64,000 nucleotides of DNA from Chrysomallon squamiferum. Lineage: Eukaryota > Animalia > Mollusca. The notes beneath the pieces are model-generated. The model searched no databases. It was not told the DNA's origin and was given only the letters and a program-made list of their open reading frames with translations. Made by a program: the position numbers and the translations under genes. This document shows, piece after piece, positions 44,414 through 56,780 of the stretch. The DNA lies in the NCBI GenBank assembly GCA_012295275.1, contig CM022679.1, positions 10,788,001 to 10,852,000 of the forward strand. Direction: 5' to 3'. Numbering within the stretch: position 1 is the first letter of the stretch; each line of letters starts with the position of its first letter.

Positions 44414-45575
44414 AAACACACACATATAATACATACACGTATAAATGCAGAATCTACGTAACATAAAATGCTAGACTATAACAATGGATAAAAAAGATAT
44501 GTTTATCTATATATTAATCTGTGTGTGTATGTATTTATGTATGTATGTATGTATGTATGTATGAATATATTACATGCCTGTTTTCATATATACATACATA
44601 CATACATATGTACCTATATATATATATATATATACACACACACATACACATATATACAGATATACATACACATACACATATATATATATATACACGTATA
44701 TATACATATATACACACATATATACATATATATACATACATACATACATACATATATATACATATATACACATATATATATATACATGTACGTACATATA
44801 CATACATATATATACATACATACATACATACACACAAATGTATACGTATATATATGAATATATCATTTAATACCAGAGACAAAAATGTTAAAGATGAAAC
44901 ATTCCTTTAGAACAAAATAAACGTAAGTATTTATATGTTAAGGCGGTGAATATTTGCAGTCATATTAAGTACATTGTTAACTCATGCAATAATGATACAT
45001 ATAAAATTTAACATACAAGAAGTATATCGGAATTAATACATTAACTGGAAAGAGTTCTCCTCTATTCAGTTTCAAAAAAAAAAAAAAAAAAAAAACTTTC
45101 CACACTTACTATTAAATATTTTCTTACATACTTAATACATACATATATATATATATATACATAAAACCAACAAAACGTTTAGATATTAATAAAATACGCC
45201 TGGGTCGTCTGATAAACGTGTAGTGTGTTTATCCGACGGGTTATTAGTTCTACGGCCAAGCTACAATAACATATTACAATCATAACACAAACTTTATGAG
45301 CGCCAGCGAAACAAAAATCTGAAAACTATTGACTCGAAATGCAAACCATCCAAGCTTTCGTATAAAAAGAAAGAGGCAATCTCTTTTCGTACCAGCGACA
45401 TTTTAGTGGTCTTCAGTCCCGAGAATTCTTGGATGGGATCCCAGAAGAGCGCACTAGTCGATTGTTTCACTATCAGGAATCAATAAGAAACAATTGCAGG
45501 GTGCGCCCGGGGTTAGAGCAAGCGAACGCAGGCGAGTTAAGCAGTTCAAAATGTTTGTTGAACGCAACTTACCAT
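32903..45575 (-). CDS. TnC: Troponin C, molluscan type (EF-hand Ca2+ sensor). Spliced CDS join(45575-45573, 40536-40500, 37195-37052, 36544-36302, 32928-32903), 150 aa
   Basis: Exons joined by hand have GT-AG boundaries and consistent phases (0,1,1,1), total 453 nt. Protein: [150 protein letters not shown]. The motifs [18 protein letters not shown], DLRWILxSLGDDL and [15 protein letters not shown] match scallop/squid troponin C as I recall it, rather than calmodulin. Confidence 0.93.
33567..33592 (-). CDS. TnC: TnC alternative terminal exon 5a (EFKNLMTS*)
   Basis: ttcctctctttgcag|AG TTC AAA AAT CTG ATG ACG TCA TGA; strong polypyrimidine tract, phase 1, restores the EF..LM helix H pattern. 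Confidence 0.85.
36302..36544 (-). CDS. TnC: TnC exon 4 (243 nt; EF-hands II-IV)
   Basis: gttacag|CTACCGGT...TACGAAG|gtacat; matches the core of ORF 36288..36578 ([10 protein letters not shown]...[11 protein letters not shown]). Confidence 0.97.
37052..37195 (-). CDS. TnC: TnC exon 3 (144 nt; EF-hand I and start of II)
   Basis: tttgcag|ATGCTCAC...GAGGAGG|gtaatg; encodes [48 protein letters not shown]. Confidence 0.95.
40500..40536 (-). CDS. TnC: TnC exon 2 ([12 protein letters not shown]+G, 37 nt)
   Basis: cctttctttttcag|GGTGAA...TATAATG|gtgagt. Confidence 0.9.
44520..44860. repeat. Compound (TA)/(CA)/(TACA) microsatellite field, representative of similar fields at about 4240-4600, 7350-7630, 10280-10760, 29180-29610 and 60470-60640
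   Basis: Directly visible; source of many spurious YI/HT/CV-rich ORFs. Confidence 0.97.
45393..45401 (-). CDS. TnC: TnC alternative start exon 1b (MSL)
   Basis: Minus strand reads ctaaaATG TCG CTG|gtacga, phase 0 and in frame with exon 2. A possible acceptor (...ttcctgatag, exon start 45469) has a CTAAC branch-like motif at 45512-45516. Confidence 0.5.
45573..45575 (-). CDS. TnC: TnC exon 1a coding part (ATG only)
   Basis: Minus strand reads tacaaaATG|gtaagt: good Kozak context and a consensus donor. An intron directly after the initiator ATG is typical of calmodulin/TnC-family genes. Phase 0 fits exon 2. Confidence 0.8.
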
Positions 45576-45900
45576 TTTGTATTACAGATCCTATGGTGGC
45601 TATTCTTCTATAAAAGATGGGGTCCAAAAGGCGATGAAAAGTCGAAGCAGGCCGGAATAACGAACAACACTCACTGCGCACGCTCAGTAAGTAAACTCTG
45701 GAAGCTCGTACGCAATATGATACGGCATCTTCTGCTTCGGAAGTGTCGTCTGCGCCAACCTTTTACGGTATGCGGCACGTGACTTCTCGCGCGCGCGCCT
45801 GGTTTTACCGGTCTTGGCAGAGAGAGAGGGGGGGGGAGCACCCCTCGCTGAGCTGGTAAAATGATTAGAGCTGTTTCTGTGATGAGCCTGCACCGGTCTT
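45576..45900 (-). promoter_or_regulatory. GC/CpG-enriched proximal promoter and 5' UTR of TnC
   Basis: Local jump in GC and CpG (gcgcgcgcg, CACGTG E-box near 45776, G-run near 45828) directly upstream of the ATG exon, against an AT-rich background. Confidence 0.6.
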
Positions 45901-47725
45901 TAAGTAGAAATGACATTTGTTATTAGAGACAGACGTGGCAATTAACATTGTGTTTGTGTTACAACCTACATAGTAGTAGTACGCCCACCGCTTATCTAAG
46001 TTTTAATTTTAAAGATCAAGAAAGTGTTGATTCTTTTTTTTTTCTTTTTTTTTTATTATTAAATCCGTATAGAAGAAAAAGAGAAAAATATGAATAGAAA
46101 AAATCTAACAAAACGTTGTTGAGAAAAATGTAATCGCTCGAAATAGACGGATAAAATATGTAGGACTGCACACACAATTTTTTTTTTTTCTTTTTTTAAA
46201 TTAATTTTGGGTACAGTTATGACAAAAATAGGGAAAATGTCTTAGATAAACATGTTGATATTGCTGGTAGGAAAGTTCTGTTTATGAAAAATGAAATAAA
46301 AACAAGCAGATAATTGCGTAACCATTAATATGTTTTTACGTAAATATGGTATTATTGTTTTTATTATGATTGATATTATTATTGTTATGGGTGGTGGTTT
46401 TTCTTTGAGGTTTTTTTTTGTGTGTGTTATTGTTTTTGTTTTTTTTTTTTTAACAATGTTAACACTCTATATACTACTTTTCTTTCCTTCTTTCTTTCTT
46501 TCTTTCTTTCTTTATTTCCTTCTTTATTTATTTATTTATTGTGAAAAATTCTAGGCGATTTTAAAGCTGCACAGATCCACACAAACTCATACACACACAC
46601 ACAAACACAAACACAGACATACATTTGTTTAAGCTAATAGACACTGTCTCGGTTTTAGTGGTAATCATCCATAGGGAGTACAAAATATTAACGGAGTTTA
46701 AAATCGCCAAGAATGTCTCATTGTTGTTTTACTGTTACGGAGTTTGTATATATGGATATACAGACAAGAGGACTAATGTGTCTGGCTGTATTTCTATAGC
46801 TATATATGTACGTGTGTGTGTATGGGTGCGGTCTATGTGTGTGTTTTTATGTATGTATGTATGTATGTATGTATGTATGTATGTATGTATGTATATATGT
46901 ATGTATGTATATTCATACTTAGGTATTAATATATATGTGTTTTAGTTAGCCGAAAATGATTTCTGAGACGCTCACGACAGAAACAAAATTTCTAATTCTA
47001 AAATATATTGCTATCACTATTATCTTTATTACAAAATTCTAACAACACGGACTAGATGCAAGTCTGTTTCCTTGTCATGCGCAGTCATGTGTACAGTCTA
47101 GGGCCCTAGGAACATATGGTTATTTGTAAAATCAAGTTGTATGTTTCTGCTGCTCGTGTTTCCTGTAGCAATTCTCCGATCTTCAACGAACAACCTATGT
47201 CTATTTCTGCACCGATTTCTCACAGTTTATGCGACTCTGTATGAAAACAAATCTATTTCCGTCCCCCCCGGTGAAATATATCGCGTGTAATTTGCAACCG
47301 TATATCTGGTAAAAAATAAATAATAATAATAAATAAATAAAATTGGGTTCATGGTCTTTAGCTTAGACTGTAATTTGCTGATGATAGTTAACATTTTCTA
47401 GAAAAGGAATCGAGGTGAACCAAATAATTATGACATTTGTTTTCCATCATCGAATGACAGTGAGTGAGTGGTAGGGTACACTGTATACAAGATACAACGC
47501 ATACAACATAGTATGAACGTAAATGGACAATAGTTTCTCGGTCCTCTCATTTATATGTCCATATATACAAACTCCGTAACAGTAAAACAACAATGAAACA
47601 TTCAAGAAGTTTTTAAAGTTAAGTTAATATTTTGTACTCGCTATGAGTGATTACCGTTAAAACCGAGATGGTGATTTACCATGCAATATTAGCATTAAAC
47701 AAATAAAAAATAATATATACATACA

Positions 47726-47758
<33 letters not shown>

Positions 47759-47879
47759 GTATGTATGTGTATATATATATATGTAGCAGAAAGATAATGT
47801 ATAATTGTATAAGTGCGTATGGGTTTTGTGTGTGTGTGTGTGTGAGTGTGTGTATGTGAATGTGTGTGTGTGTGTGTGT

Positions 47880-49220
47880 TTGGATGTTCCAAACCAATTT
47901 TCTTCAAAGGAGCATTCCTGGAGAATGTACCCAATGTATGTTTACGTGTTTTTAAGTGAATATATATGAACAACACAGACACATTTTCTGGATAACGTTT
48001 TTTCTCTCTCGTTTATCATTCCATTTCTTCTCTTCTTTTTTTTTTCTTTTTTCTTTTTTGTTTTCGTCTTGAAACGTCTAGTCTAATAATCTTCACTAAT
48101 ATATCACAGTCACGATATCTCATGACATTTTATGAAAACCTGACTGAATAATTTACCATCAGTATTAAAATATTTCAAACTGACATTTAACAAAATCAAT
48201 ATCTTAAATGACTGATGTGCTACAAACAATGTCTTTCGAGTCTCCGTAGGAAATAAAAAGAGACAAGCCAAAGAGACTGGATGAGAAAGGGAAAAAAAAA
48301 AAACAACGAAAACTCGTGTAAATAATTATATATGTGTTACGAATAAATTACTGTTGACATTCCTGGTGCTTGTTTACATTCTGTAACACAAAAACACATA
48401 ATATGTACTTTTGTTATTTACTTTGCTTTGATTATGGAAACTCACGCTTTTTAACTTGGTTTTCCGTCAAGTGAATAAAACAAATGTGTTACCTTAATTA
48501 ATTTTTTTTTTTAATTTAGGGAATTTCTTGACAGATAGTGCATCTGTCATTTCTTTATCAGATGTAGCTGGAATACATTTGAAACAAAAACGGCAGTGAA
48601 AGTGTAAATAAAACGTACATACGTAGATATCTACATATATAAACAAATACGCATCCATGCATATATCACACTTAATACAAGTACACAGCCACAGGGATAT
48701 TCCTTTGAAAATAAATGCTGTGGAATATACTGACGTCTGAACTCATTTAAAAACATACACTTTATATACCTACATATATACACAAACACACTCACACACA
48801 CACACACACTCACTTACAAAGGCACACACATTTACCTATATGTACATATACATTGATATTCACATATATATATAATCACACATGAACGTATGCACATTTA
48901 TGTGTTAGTTACGTGCATATGTGCTTGTGTGCGTGCGTGCGTGCGTGCGTGCGTATGTTTTTGTGTGTGGATGTTCTAAAGCAATTATCTTCGATTTATG
49001 TTTAGGTGTTTTTAAGTGAGTATATAATGAACAACATAGATACATTTTCTGGATAACCTTTTTCTCTCTCTCTCTCTCTCTCTCTCTTTATGTTTTCCTC
49101 TTTATCATTCCATTTCTCTTCCATTTTTTTTTCTCATCTCTCTTTTTTTTTTTTTTTTTTTTTTTTCACCTAGGAACCTCAAGTCTAATAATCTTCACTA
49201 CTACATCACGGTAACGACGT
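47880..49220 (+). repeat. Duplicated block of about 250 bp (47880-48118 and 48968-49220)
   Basis: Shared tggatgttc.aa, gtgtttttaagtga.tatat, acattttctggataac, tttatcattccatttc, agtctaataatcttcacta. Confidence 0.85.
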
Positions 49221-49940
49221 CATTACAACATCGCTGTTACGATTCCACACGAGAGAGAGAGAGAGAGAAGCTACTCGGTGTCAGAATGTTACCCTCACCG
49301 TCAAACTGAAAACAGATACAGTTCCCGAGACATCTGCTTAATTTGAATCTTTTGCCGTGTAAGTGATGACTTTGTAACGATAGCAAAATGCTGCTGGTAT
49401 TCTGCGAGCAAGTCGGAGTTACGCTAGCTACTAGAACAGATATAACAACCGGTGTCCAGATTATAACCACGCGAGCTACTTTGTAGTGTAATAGTCAGAT
49501 GTTATGCAGATGGTTTGGAGTTCACGGGGATCGCTATATTAAGACTAATATGATGGATATTCGATATAACACACACATCCATTTATTTCTCGTTTTCTTT
49601 CTGTTTAACGATCGCTTCAGTTTTAGAGCAAATCAGATGTTGAGTTCATGTTTTCCCAGAATACAACAAGAGATGATTAAAAAGCTTAGCTGAAGTTGAT
49701 TTTAGATCCAGATTTACAAATCGTGATTTTGTGTTTAATGTGTTTGAGATATTGCAGTTCATATTTCTTTTTGTTCTTCTCCTTTTTCTTCTTTTTGCTG
49801 TTGTTGTAGTAATCGTTATCATCATCGTCATTATTGTTGTGGTTTTTTTGTTTGTGTTTGTTATTGTTGTGATTATTGTTGTTGTTATTCTTTATTTATT
49901 TATGTATTTATTATTATTATTATCTTCATCATCATCATCA

Positions 49941-49977
<37 letters not shown>

Positions 49978-50853
49978 CTTCGGCTGGTACTGCTTCTTGT
50001 CATCTTTATTGTCTGTTATTGTGTTTGCTAGCGTTTTGTTGATTGAGTTGTTGTTGTTCTGTTTTCTACTGTTGCTGTTCTTGTTATTTGAAAGTAACTT
50101 CCTCTTCGTTTCAAATATTAATCTCATGAAGCAGTTATTGATAATTTATTTTTAAATAACGTACATCTTGTAAATAACGATTTAACAACAAAAAAAGGAA
50201 ACCACCGACACTTTTTTGTACAAACAAAATAAATAATAACAATCCTAAATAAAGAAATAATTATCACTTCAAAATAATATTTCTACTACGTCACTGGGTA
50301 TTTTAAATCAAATTTAAAAAAAAAACAAAAAAAAAACGTTTTCTATTTTTTCTCTCAACTATTAACACGGCACACGAAATGAAATTTAGAAAAAAAAACA
50401 AAAAAACAAAAAAACCCAGAAGAATAATAAGAAAAAAGAAACAGGCCACCATTGTATATAAACACACATTTCAATGGCTTCCAGAATTAGCCAAAATAAA
50501 TACACCAACCACGCAGTGATTCTAAATATTTGTTCAACTTTTCCATTAAGTTCATTGACAGAAATTGAACAGATAATTAATTTCTGACAGGAATTTTGTT
50601 TAAACCTTTGCGTGCTGAACAAAACAGAATAATCACTGCATATAAAACTTGGAGGTCCTTGATGTAAATTAAAGCAAATAAAGCTGGATAAAGAAGAAAA
50701 GTAGAAAATAATGTCTATAAATATATACTGGAAGGTTACAACGCGTACATTTAAAATGGTAGGTGTTAATGCAAGCAGACATAGACCAATAAATATGCTA
50801 TTCCATATGTACTACGTTGGCTAACAAGTTACATAATAACAACAGCAACAATA

Positions 50854-50894
<41 letters not shown>

Positions 50895-51566
50895 AAATCA
50901 GACCAAATGAAACAATTTAATAATTATGATACTTGTAGATGTACATAAGGCTATAGGCAGACTGTAGCTGCGAAACATACACGCACACACGCACGCACGC
51001 AAACACACATACAAACACTTTTCATAATGATGGAGAAAGAAAAGAATGACAACAGAGTGAGAAAAGGAGAGTGGGTAAAAGAGATAGGAAGAGGGAGTGA
51101 AAAAATGAGAGAGAGAGAGAGATGGACAAATTGAGTAATATTATAAGAATTTACACGATATGACCATTATTATTCGCTACATCATCTAATATTTTTAATG
51201 AAATACTGCTATACAATCAACCATCGTACCTTTCAAGTCTGAACCACAGAATTATGCTGCTAATCACAAGAAATATGCATTTAGGCAGCATGTAATATAC
51301 TGTTAATCATTACAGAACAAATTAGTTTAGAATATACTGCATGTTAATAATATTAACTTCAGCAATTTATTTGTGCATGTTAAATTTGTACGGTATGATG
51401 TAGATAGTATTGAAATCTTTATTGTATGTTCATGACCGAATATGAATCAGTATTTATTATTATTTTGTTTAGTTTAGTTTTATTTTATTTTATTTTAAAT
51501 TATGTTATTTTATGCATTCATTCATTCATTATTTATTATTTATTTTATGTGTGTTTGTGTGTGTGT

Positions 51567-51615
<49 letters not shown>

Positions 51616-52699
51616 TGATCATGCCTGTGGTCACAAAAAGAAAATGGCGGCTTTTCTCTCTCTTTACCTATTTAAAGTCTTAACAAATGGATGATGCCAC
51701 CTGTGCACTCAGTAACCAGTGGATGATGCAATCAATCTGGTTTTAAAATTATTAAATACATCGTTTAATAAAATACTTCTTTTCTTCTCTTTATTAATTT
51801 TCACTTTACCGCCGTTCTTTTAATCTTCAGAGAAATCAGTGCATCCGCGAGGTTATTTTCGTTAAGAATAAACTGTTTAATTAATCTATACCATGTAACA
51901 GAGCAATCTGAACACCGAGTGTAAAAAACAGGTAAAATGCTTGAACATCAACGCTAGTGTAATGTTTAGATTGATGTTAACGTCATAGAAACGCCGTTTT
52001 AAAAAAGTTGTGTAATCTTCGGAGTTTAAAGCAAAAGAAGAAACCGGATGAAATGTCATAGGTTGTTGTTCCACCGCTAACAGAAAAGCTTATTTGATGT
52101 TTTATCGTTTATCTCTTGTTCTTTTTTTTTTTTTTTTTTTAGATAAAATAATACTGACGTAAAGGAAAATGATATTTGGTAAATGCAGAAAAAAATATTA
52201 TTATTATTATTATTATTATTATTGATTATTATTATTATTATTAATTTAGACGTTTTTAGGGGTGAGATGGGGGTTTTTTAGGTTGTTTTTTTCTTTTTCC
52301 CTTACTGGGGTTATTGAAATTTTTTAATGAGGGGCCACAATGAGTTGAAAATAACTTTAAGAATAAAACAATTTTCAAACGATAAACAAAAAAAAAACAA
52401 ACAATGGTTTACTAAAACGTTGTTTAGTATCTGGATTCGCATACGTTCCTAGAAACCTTTATTTTATTTTTATTTTTCAAAGATAAAAAACAGATGGAAA
52501 AGAAAATGGTTCCTTCTGGTCTTGTAGGTAAAGGTAACCAAAAATACACTATTCAAAGCTTGGTTTCTTAGACATAAGATAACTATGTGGCCTTTTGAAT
52601 TGAATATCCTAGAGAGGGTAAATGAAAATGATGTCTAATCGGAAACTACATATATATTTGGATTCATATACAGTAAGCGGACTAAAAATAAGTAAAAAC

Positions 52700-53060
52700 A
52701 AGTCAAATCACAGAATATTATTCCGTTTCTACATAGTGTCGAACATTTGAAAAAAAATATATTGATTCGACGTAACAGTGTAATAGTGAAAAACGGATCT
52801 GCACACGTTTGTCTATTTTCCGTTGTTTAGACAGCTCCACGCAGATAAAACGTTCACCAGATCCCGAGACCGCCTGCTGTGAGAAAAACAAACACAACGA
52901 GAGAGAGAAAACACATTCCACTCGGAAACCGAGGCAGAGCTGAACTAGCGAGAACAGCTCGCTTGTGTTTATAACCCACACCTCCACTTTCCATTTCCCA
53001 CTTGCTTTTCCAGGACCCGTCGTTTCGGCTCTGCAAGGCTTGTCCTTTCATTTCACTCAG
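52700..53060 (-). promoter_or_regulatory. Candidate TATA promoter and non-coding first exon
   Basis: Minus strand TATAAA at 52973-52968, followed about 25 nt later by CTAGTT (Inr-like) and by non-repetitive, GC-elevated sequence. Confidence 0.4.
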
Positions 53061-53900
53061 TAACTGACCTTTTTTCTCTCTCTCTCTCTCACTCTTTTTT
53101 TAAAGACATTATTATTCGATTGACTCGTTTCTGTGGTAGCACGTCTGAAATTGTGCGAGAAAGTTTTGGCCTAATTTTTTTTTCTTAGGTTTACCAATAT
53201 GTACTTTTATTTCTTCTAAACTTTTATATATGCATATGTTTATGTGTATGCATATGTATAAAACAACTGCACTAATAACTGAAATAAAAGTACAAAATAC
53301 CTGTCTGTATCTTTGTATAGACATAGATGTCTAGAGATAGAAGGATGGATGTATGGATGGACAGACAGGTACACAAACGGGCTCTATACATTTACATACG
53401 CACTTTTATTTCTGCTTTTAACGTTAACGCCATTGTTCTGCAGTACTGTGGTAAAATAAGATGACAAAATCATATTTTTTTTAATTAACAAACAATACGA
53501 GTTTTTGGGATGGAACTAGTGTTAAATCCAGAAAGTACTTGTTATCTACAAATGTATGTTGTTCAGAGTTACTTTTTCAGTGTTTAACTGCTGGTTTAGA
53601 TTTTAAAAATCATTTCGAAAATATTTTTTTTTCCTTATAAAATAACAAATAGATTGCTTTTATTCAAGAACTATTTTGTTTTGATGTATAGTTTTTGTAG
53701 CCGAAAATAAAATCAATGCGCGTGAATCTATTACTATAGTGAGTGAAATAAAACACTAATTTTGAAAGAAGAAATATAAGTACATATGTAAATCCATGTG
53801 TCTGTCTGTCCTTTTATTATTTATTATTTAGGACTGCAGGATAAAATAAATAACTGGTTCCTGTCTTAAGATACCCGCTTCATTCTGTATGTAAATATAT

Positions 53901-53939
<39 letters not shown>

Positions 53940-54179
53940 CCTTCGTGCATGTATGTTTTAAAAACAAATAGCACTAATTTAAAAGGATAAATTAGAAATA
54001 CATTCTTATAGTTGTTAGAAACAAATTCAATAATTATAAATATTAAACTCTCTTACATACTCTTTTCTCTGACTTATTTATTTATTTATTTATTTATTTT
54101 GCAAAGAAATGAATGAAAAACGAAAACTGAATGAATATATAAAAAAAGGAATAAAGAAAGACAGGAAGAAAACAAAACT

Positions 54180-54210
54180 GTTTTATTTAACGAGGCACTC
54201 AACACATTTC
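54180..54210. mobile_element. Short fragment of a gastropod SINE-like repeat
   Basis: gttttatttaacgaggcactcaacacattt, and gagagaggaaacccgct at 34874-34890, resemble an abundant gastropod interspersed repeat as recalled from memory; not verified by search. Confidence 0.35.
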
Positions 54211-54336
54211 TAATCAGTTCAACATGTTACTAAGGATTTATTTTTATAAATATTTTTGTAATTGGATGTTGTTTTCTTTCGGGAACTTTTACAGCGGAAA
54301 CATTTTTATTGTTTTTGAAACTGGGATTATCCTCAG

Positions 54337-54532
<196 letters not shown>

Positions 54533-54893
54533 TTTTATGTCCAGCATAAGAAGAGATATTTGAAAAATAGTGAAACTGAATTAACTATATATAATTAACT
54601 ACTTTACAGAAAACTATTTTCGAAAAAAGTAGCGTCCCTTCATATACATTCATTATAAATTTATGGGAGAATAATGCATATGTCCGAATTCCTAAAGAAA
54701 CCAAATGTGAACTTTTATTTCCGCAGAGAAGATAACAAGAGATAACTGATGTAGTTTTCTCTCTTATAGCGTAAAAAGTTCCGTTCCTTTGTTTTAAACT
54801 CGAGTTGTTTTTGTTTCTTTCTTTCTTTTTGTTGTTATTTGTCGTTGTTGCTGTTGTTGTTGTTTTAGAAATAAGTGTAGAAATATATAAATT

Positions 54894-54929
<36 letters not shown>

Positions 54930-54938
54930 TAATAATAA

Positions 54939-54969
<31 letters not shown>

Positions 54970-55180
54970 AAAAAGAATTAACAATATGAAGAAATCTATG
55001 GGCCGCAACTCCAATTTAACTTTATCGTTAAATGGGTTCTCCCTCATTAACAATTTAAAAAAAAAAAAAAAAAAAAAAATTCGACTATAAACTAGACTTG
55101 GCATTCAGTGTTATTATTCTGAACCGCCATTACTGATTGACTCTGATTTCCGGGTAGGGAAAAACGAATTAATAGTACAC

Positions 55181-55620
55181 ATCGCATTCAAACCCAGAGA
55201 TCACGTCGTTCAACATGAAGCACTAGCCTGTATGGAAAGCTGCCTCAAAGACATCGAGACGTGGATGCATTGCAGCATTCTGAAACTGACAAGACCCCGA
55301 AGTGACGATTTTCACTTTTAAGCATAACTCAGAGAACGTTGACATGATATCAGTTACTGGTATTATGTTTAATTCTACAACGACTGTTGAATGCAACCTT
55401 TGTTCATCTATGGAAGAAAATGAAGTATTTTGCCACAAAAATACTGGTGATTATGACGTCACGACTGGACTATTGCAATGGACTTCAACACGGTTTGCCT
55501 AAACTTTGCTCAACAAATGCCAAGGAACACAACGAATTTGACCAGGATTCACGTCTGAAGTACTGAAGCAGTTCCACTGGTTGTCTGTCCACATACAAGC
55601 TCCTGGGTTTACCGAACATC
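55181..55620 (+). mobile_element. Decayed L2/CR1-group LINE ORF2 fragment (C-terminal RT/thumb region)
   Basis: Frameshifted plus-strand pieces IAFKP...ALACMESCLKDIETWMHCSILKL, TSRLDYCNGLQHGLP and VLKQFHWLSV...YKLL occur in the order of the L2/CR1 motifs CLxDIxxWMxxNxLKLN, SRLDYCNxLLxGLP and LHWLPV. Confidence 0.8.
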
Positions 55621-56321
55621 GTTTGTCTGTTAAAAACGTTTATTTAACATTTACTTTTATCACATTTTTTTTTTTAAAAAAGAAGTTTTATATATATGAT
55701 TTTGGTGGAAATCAAGGAAAACTTTGTGAAAACGTCAGAAAACAAAATCTATGAAAATCAAACAAAAACAAAAAATTTTTAAAAATATAAAAAAAAAAAA
55801 GATTAATGATAATTATGTTTAAAATTGTCACGTTCTGTAAATTTTTATCGGAACATTTAATTTTTGAAAAATAATATTGTCTTCACATTATCAAAATAAT
55901 AATGATTTTTATTTTTCTTTTCTGTAATGTATATTGAATGCAATAGTATATTAATGTGACCAGGGGCGATAATCCCATTCTTGCATTTAACAAATCAGTC
56001 ATAATATGGAGTTATCTCACCTGAATCAGCCGTGCTTTAACATTTGTTGCGTTTATATCAGTAACGGAGGTAATGATTTAGACTAGTCATCTGTTTTGTA
56101 TTATGTGAAATAAATGTAATAAAAAAAAACCATAATTATGTTGATTATGTATATCTCTCGGTATCCCGTAGCGGTCACTGGAAATCTTTCTGAAGTCCTT
56201 GTGTGTGCTTGTGACTTATGTTATGACATTAGCCATTTTCGGTACATATTTTTGAAGGATAATCTCTGAACTCTGCATCCGAATAATTCATTAATTGTGT
56301 AGTGTATAAATATATATAAAC

Positions 56322-56490
<169 letters not shown>

Positions 56491-56709
56491 TATCAACAAT
56501 AATAATAATAACAAGTATATGTACACATATTTGTGAGATATATTCATGTCGACATAGAACAGTGCACATACACATGCACAAACATTTTTAAGAAAAAAGA
56601 TTAAAAAAATAAAATAAATCAGCATTTTAAATCAGCAGTTTATAATATAGATGTCAGTTATTTTTCATCATAAAACAATGAACTAGTTTCTAAAATGTGT
56701 GTTACTTAC

Positions 56710-56780
56710 GAAGGTGTGTGAAATCAATAAATAACTTCACTTGTAAGTCCATCTGTGTCGCCACATCTGTTTCACGAATG
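56710..56780 (-). other. Candidate 71-nt exon of an unknown transcript
   Basis: gtcatttacag|CATTCGTG...CACCTTC|gtaagt; one frame is open (IRETDVATQMDLQVKLFIDFTHL). Confidence 0.3.

Noticed and set aside
45429-45916. Several overlapping 69-117 aa ORFs
   Set aside because: They arise from the GC-rich TnC promoter and 5' UTR; no domain or coding signature.
49281-49320. Similarity of tttcagtttgacggtgagggtaacattc to the 20.6 kb exon start (tttcaggtttgatggtgaacgaaacatcc)
   Set aside because: Only about 29 bp, with no extension and no clear downstream donor; chance cannot be excluded.
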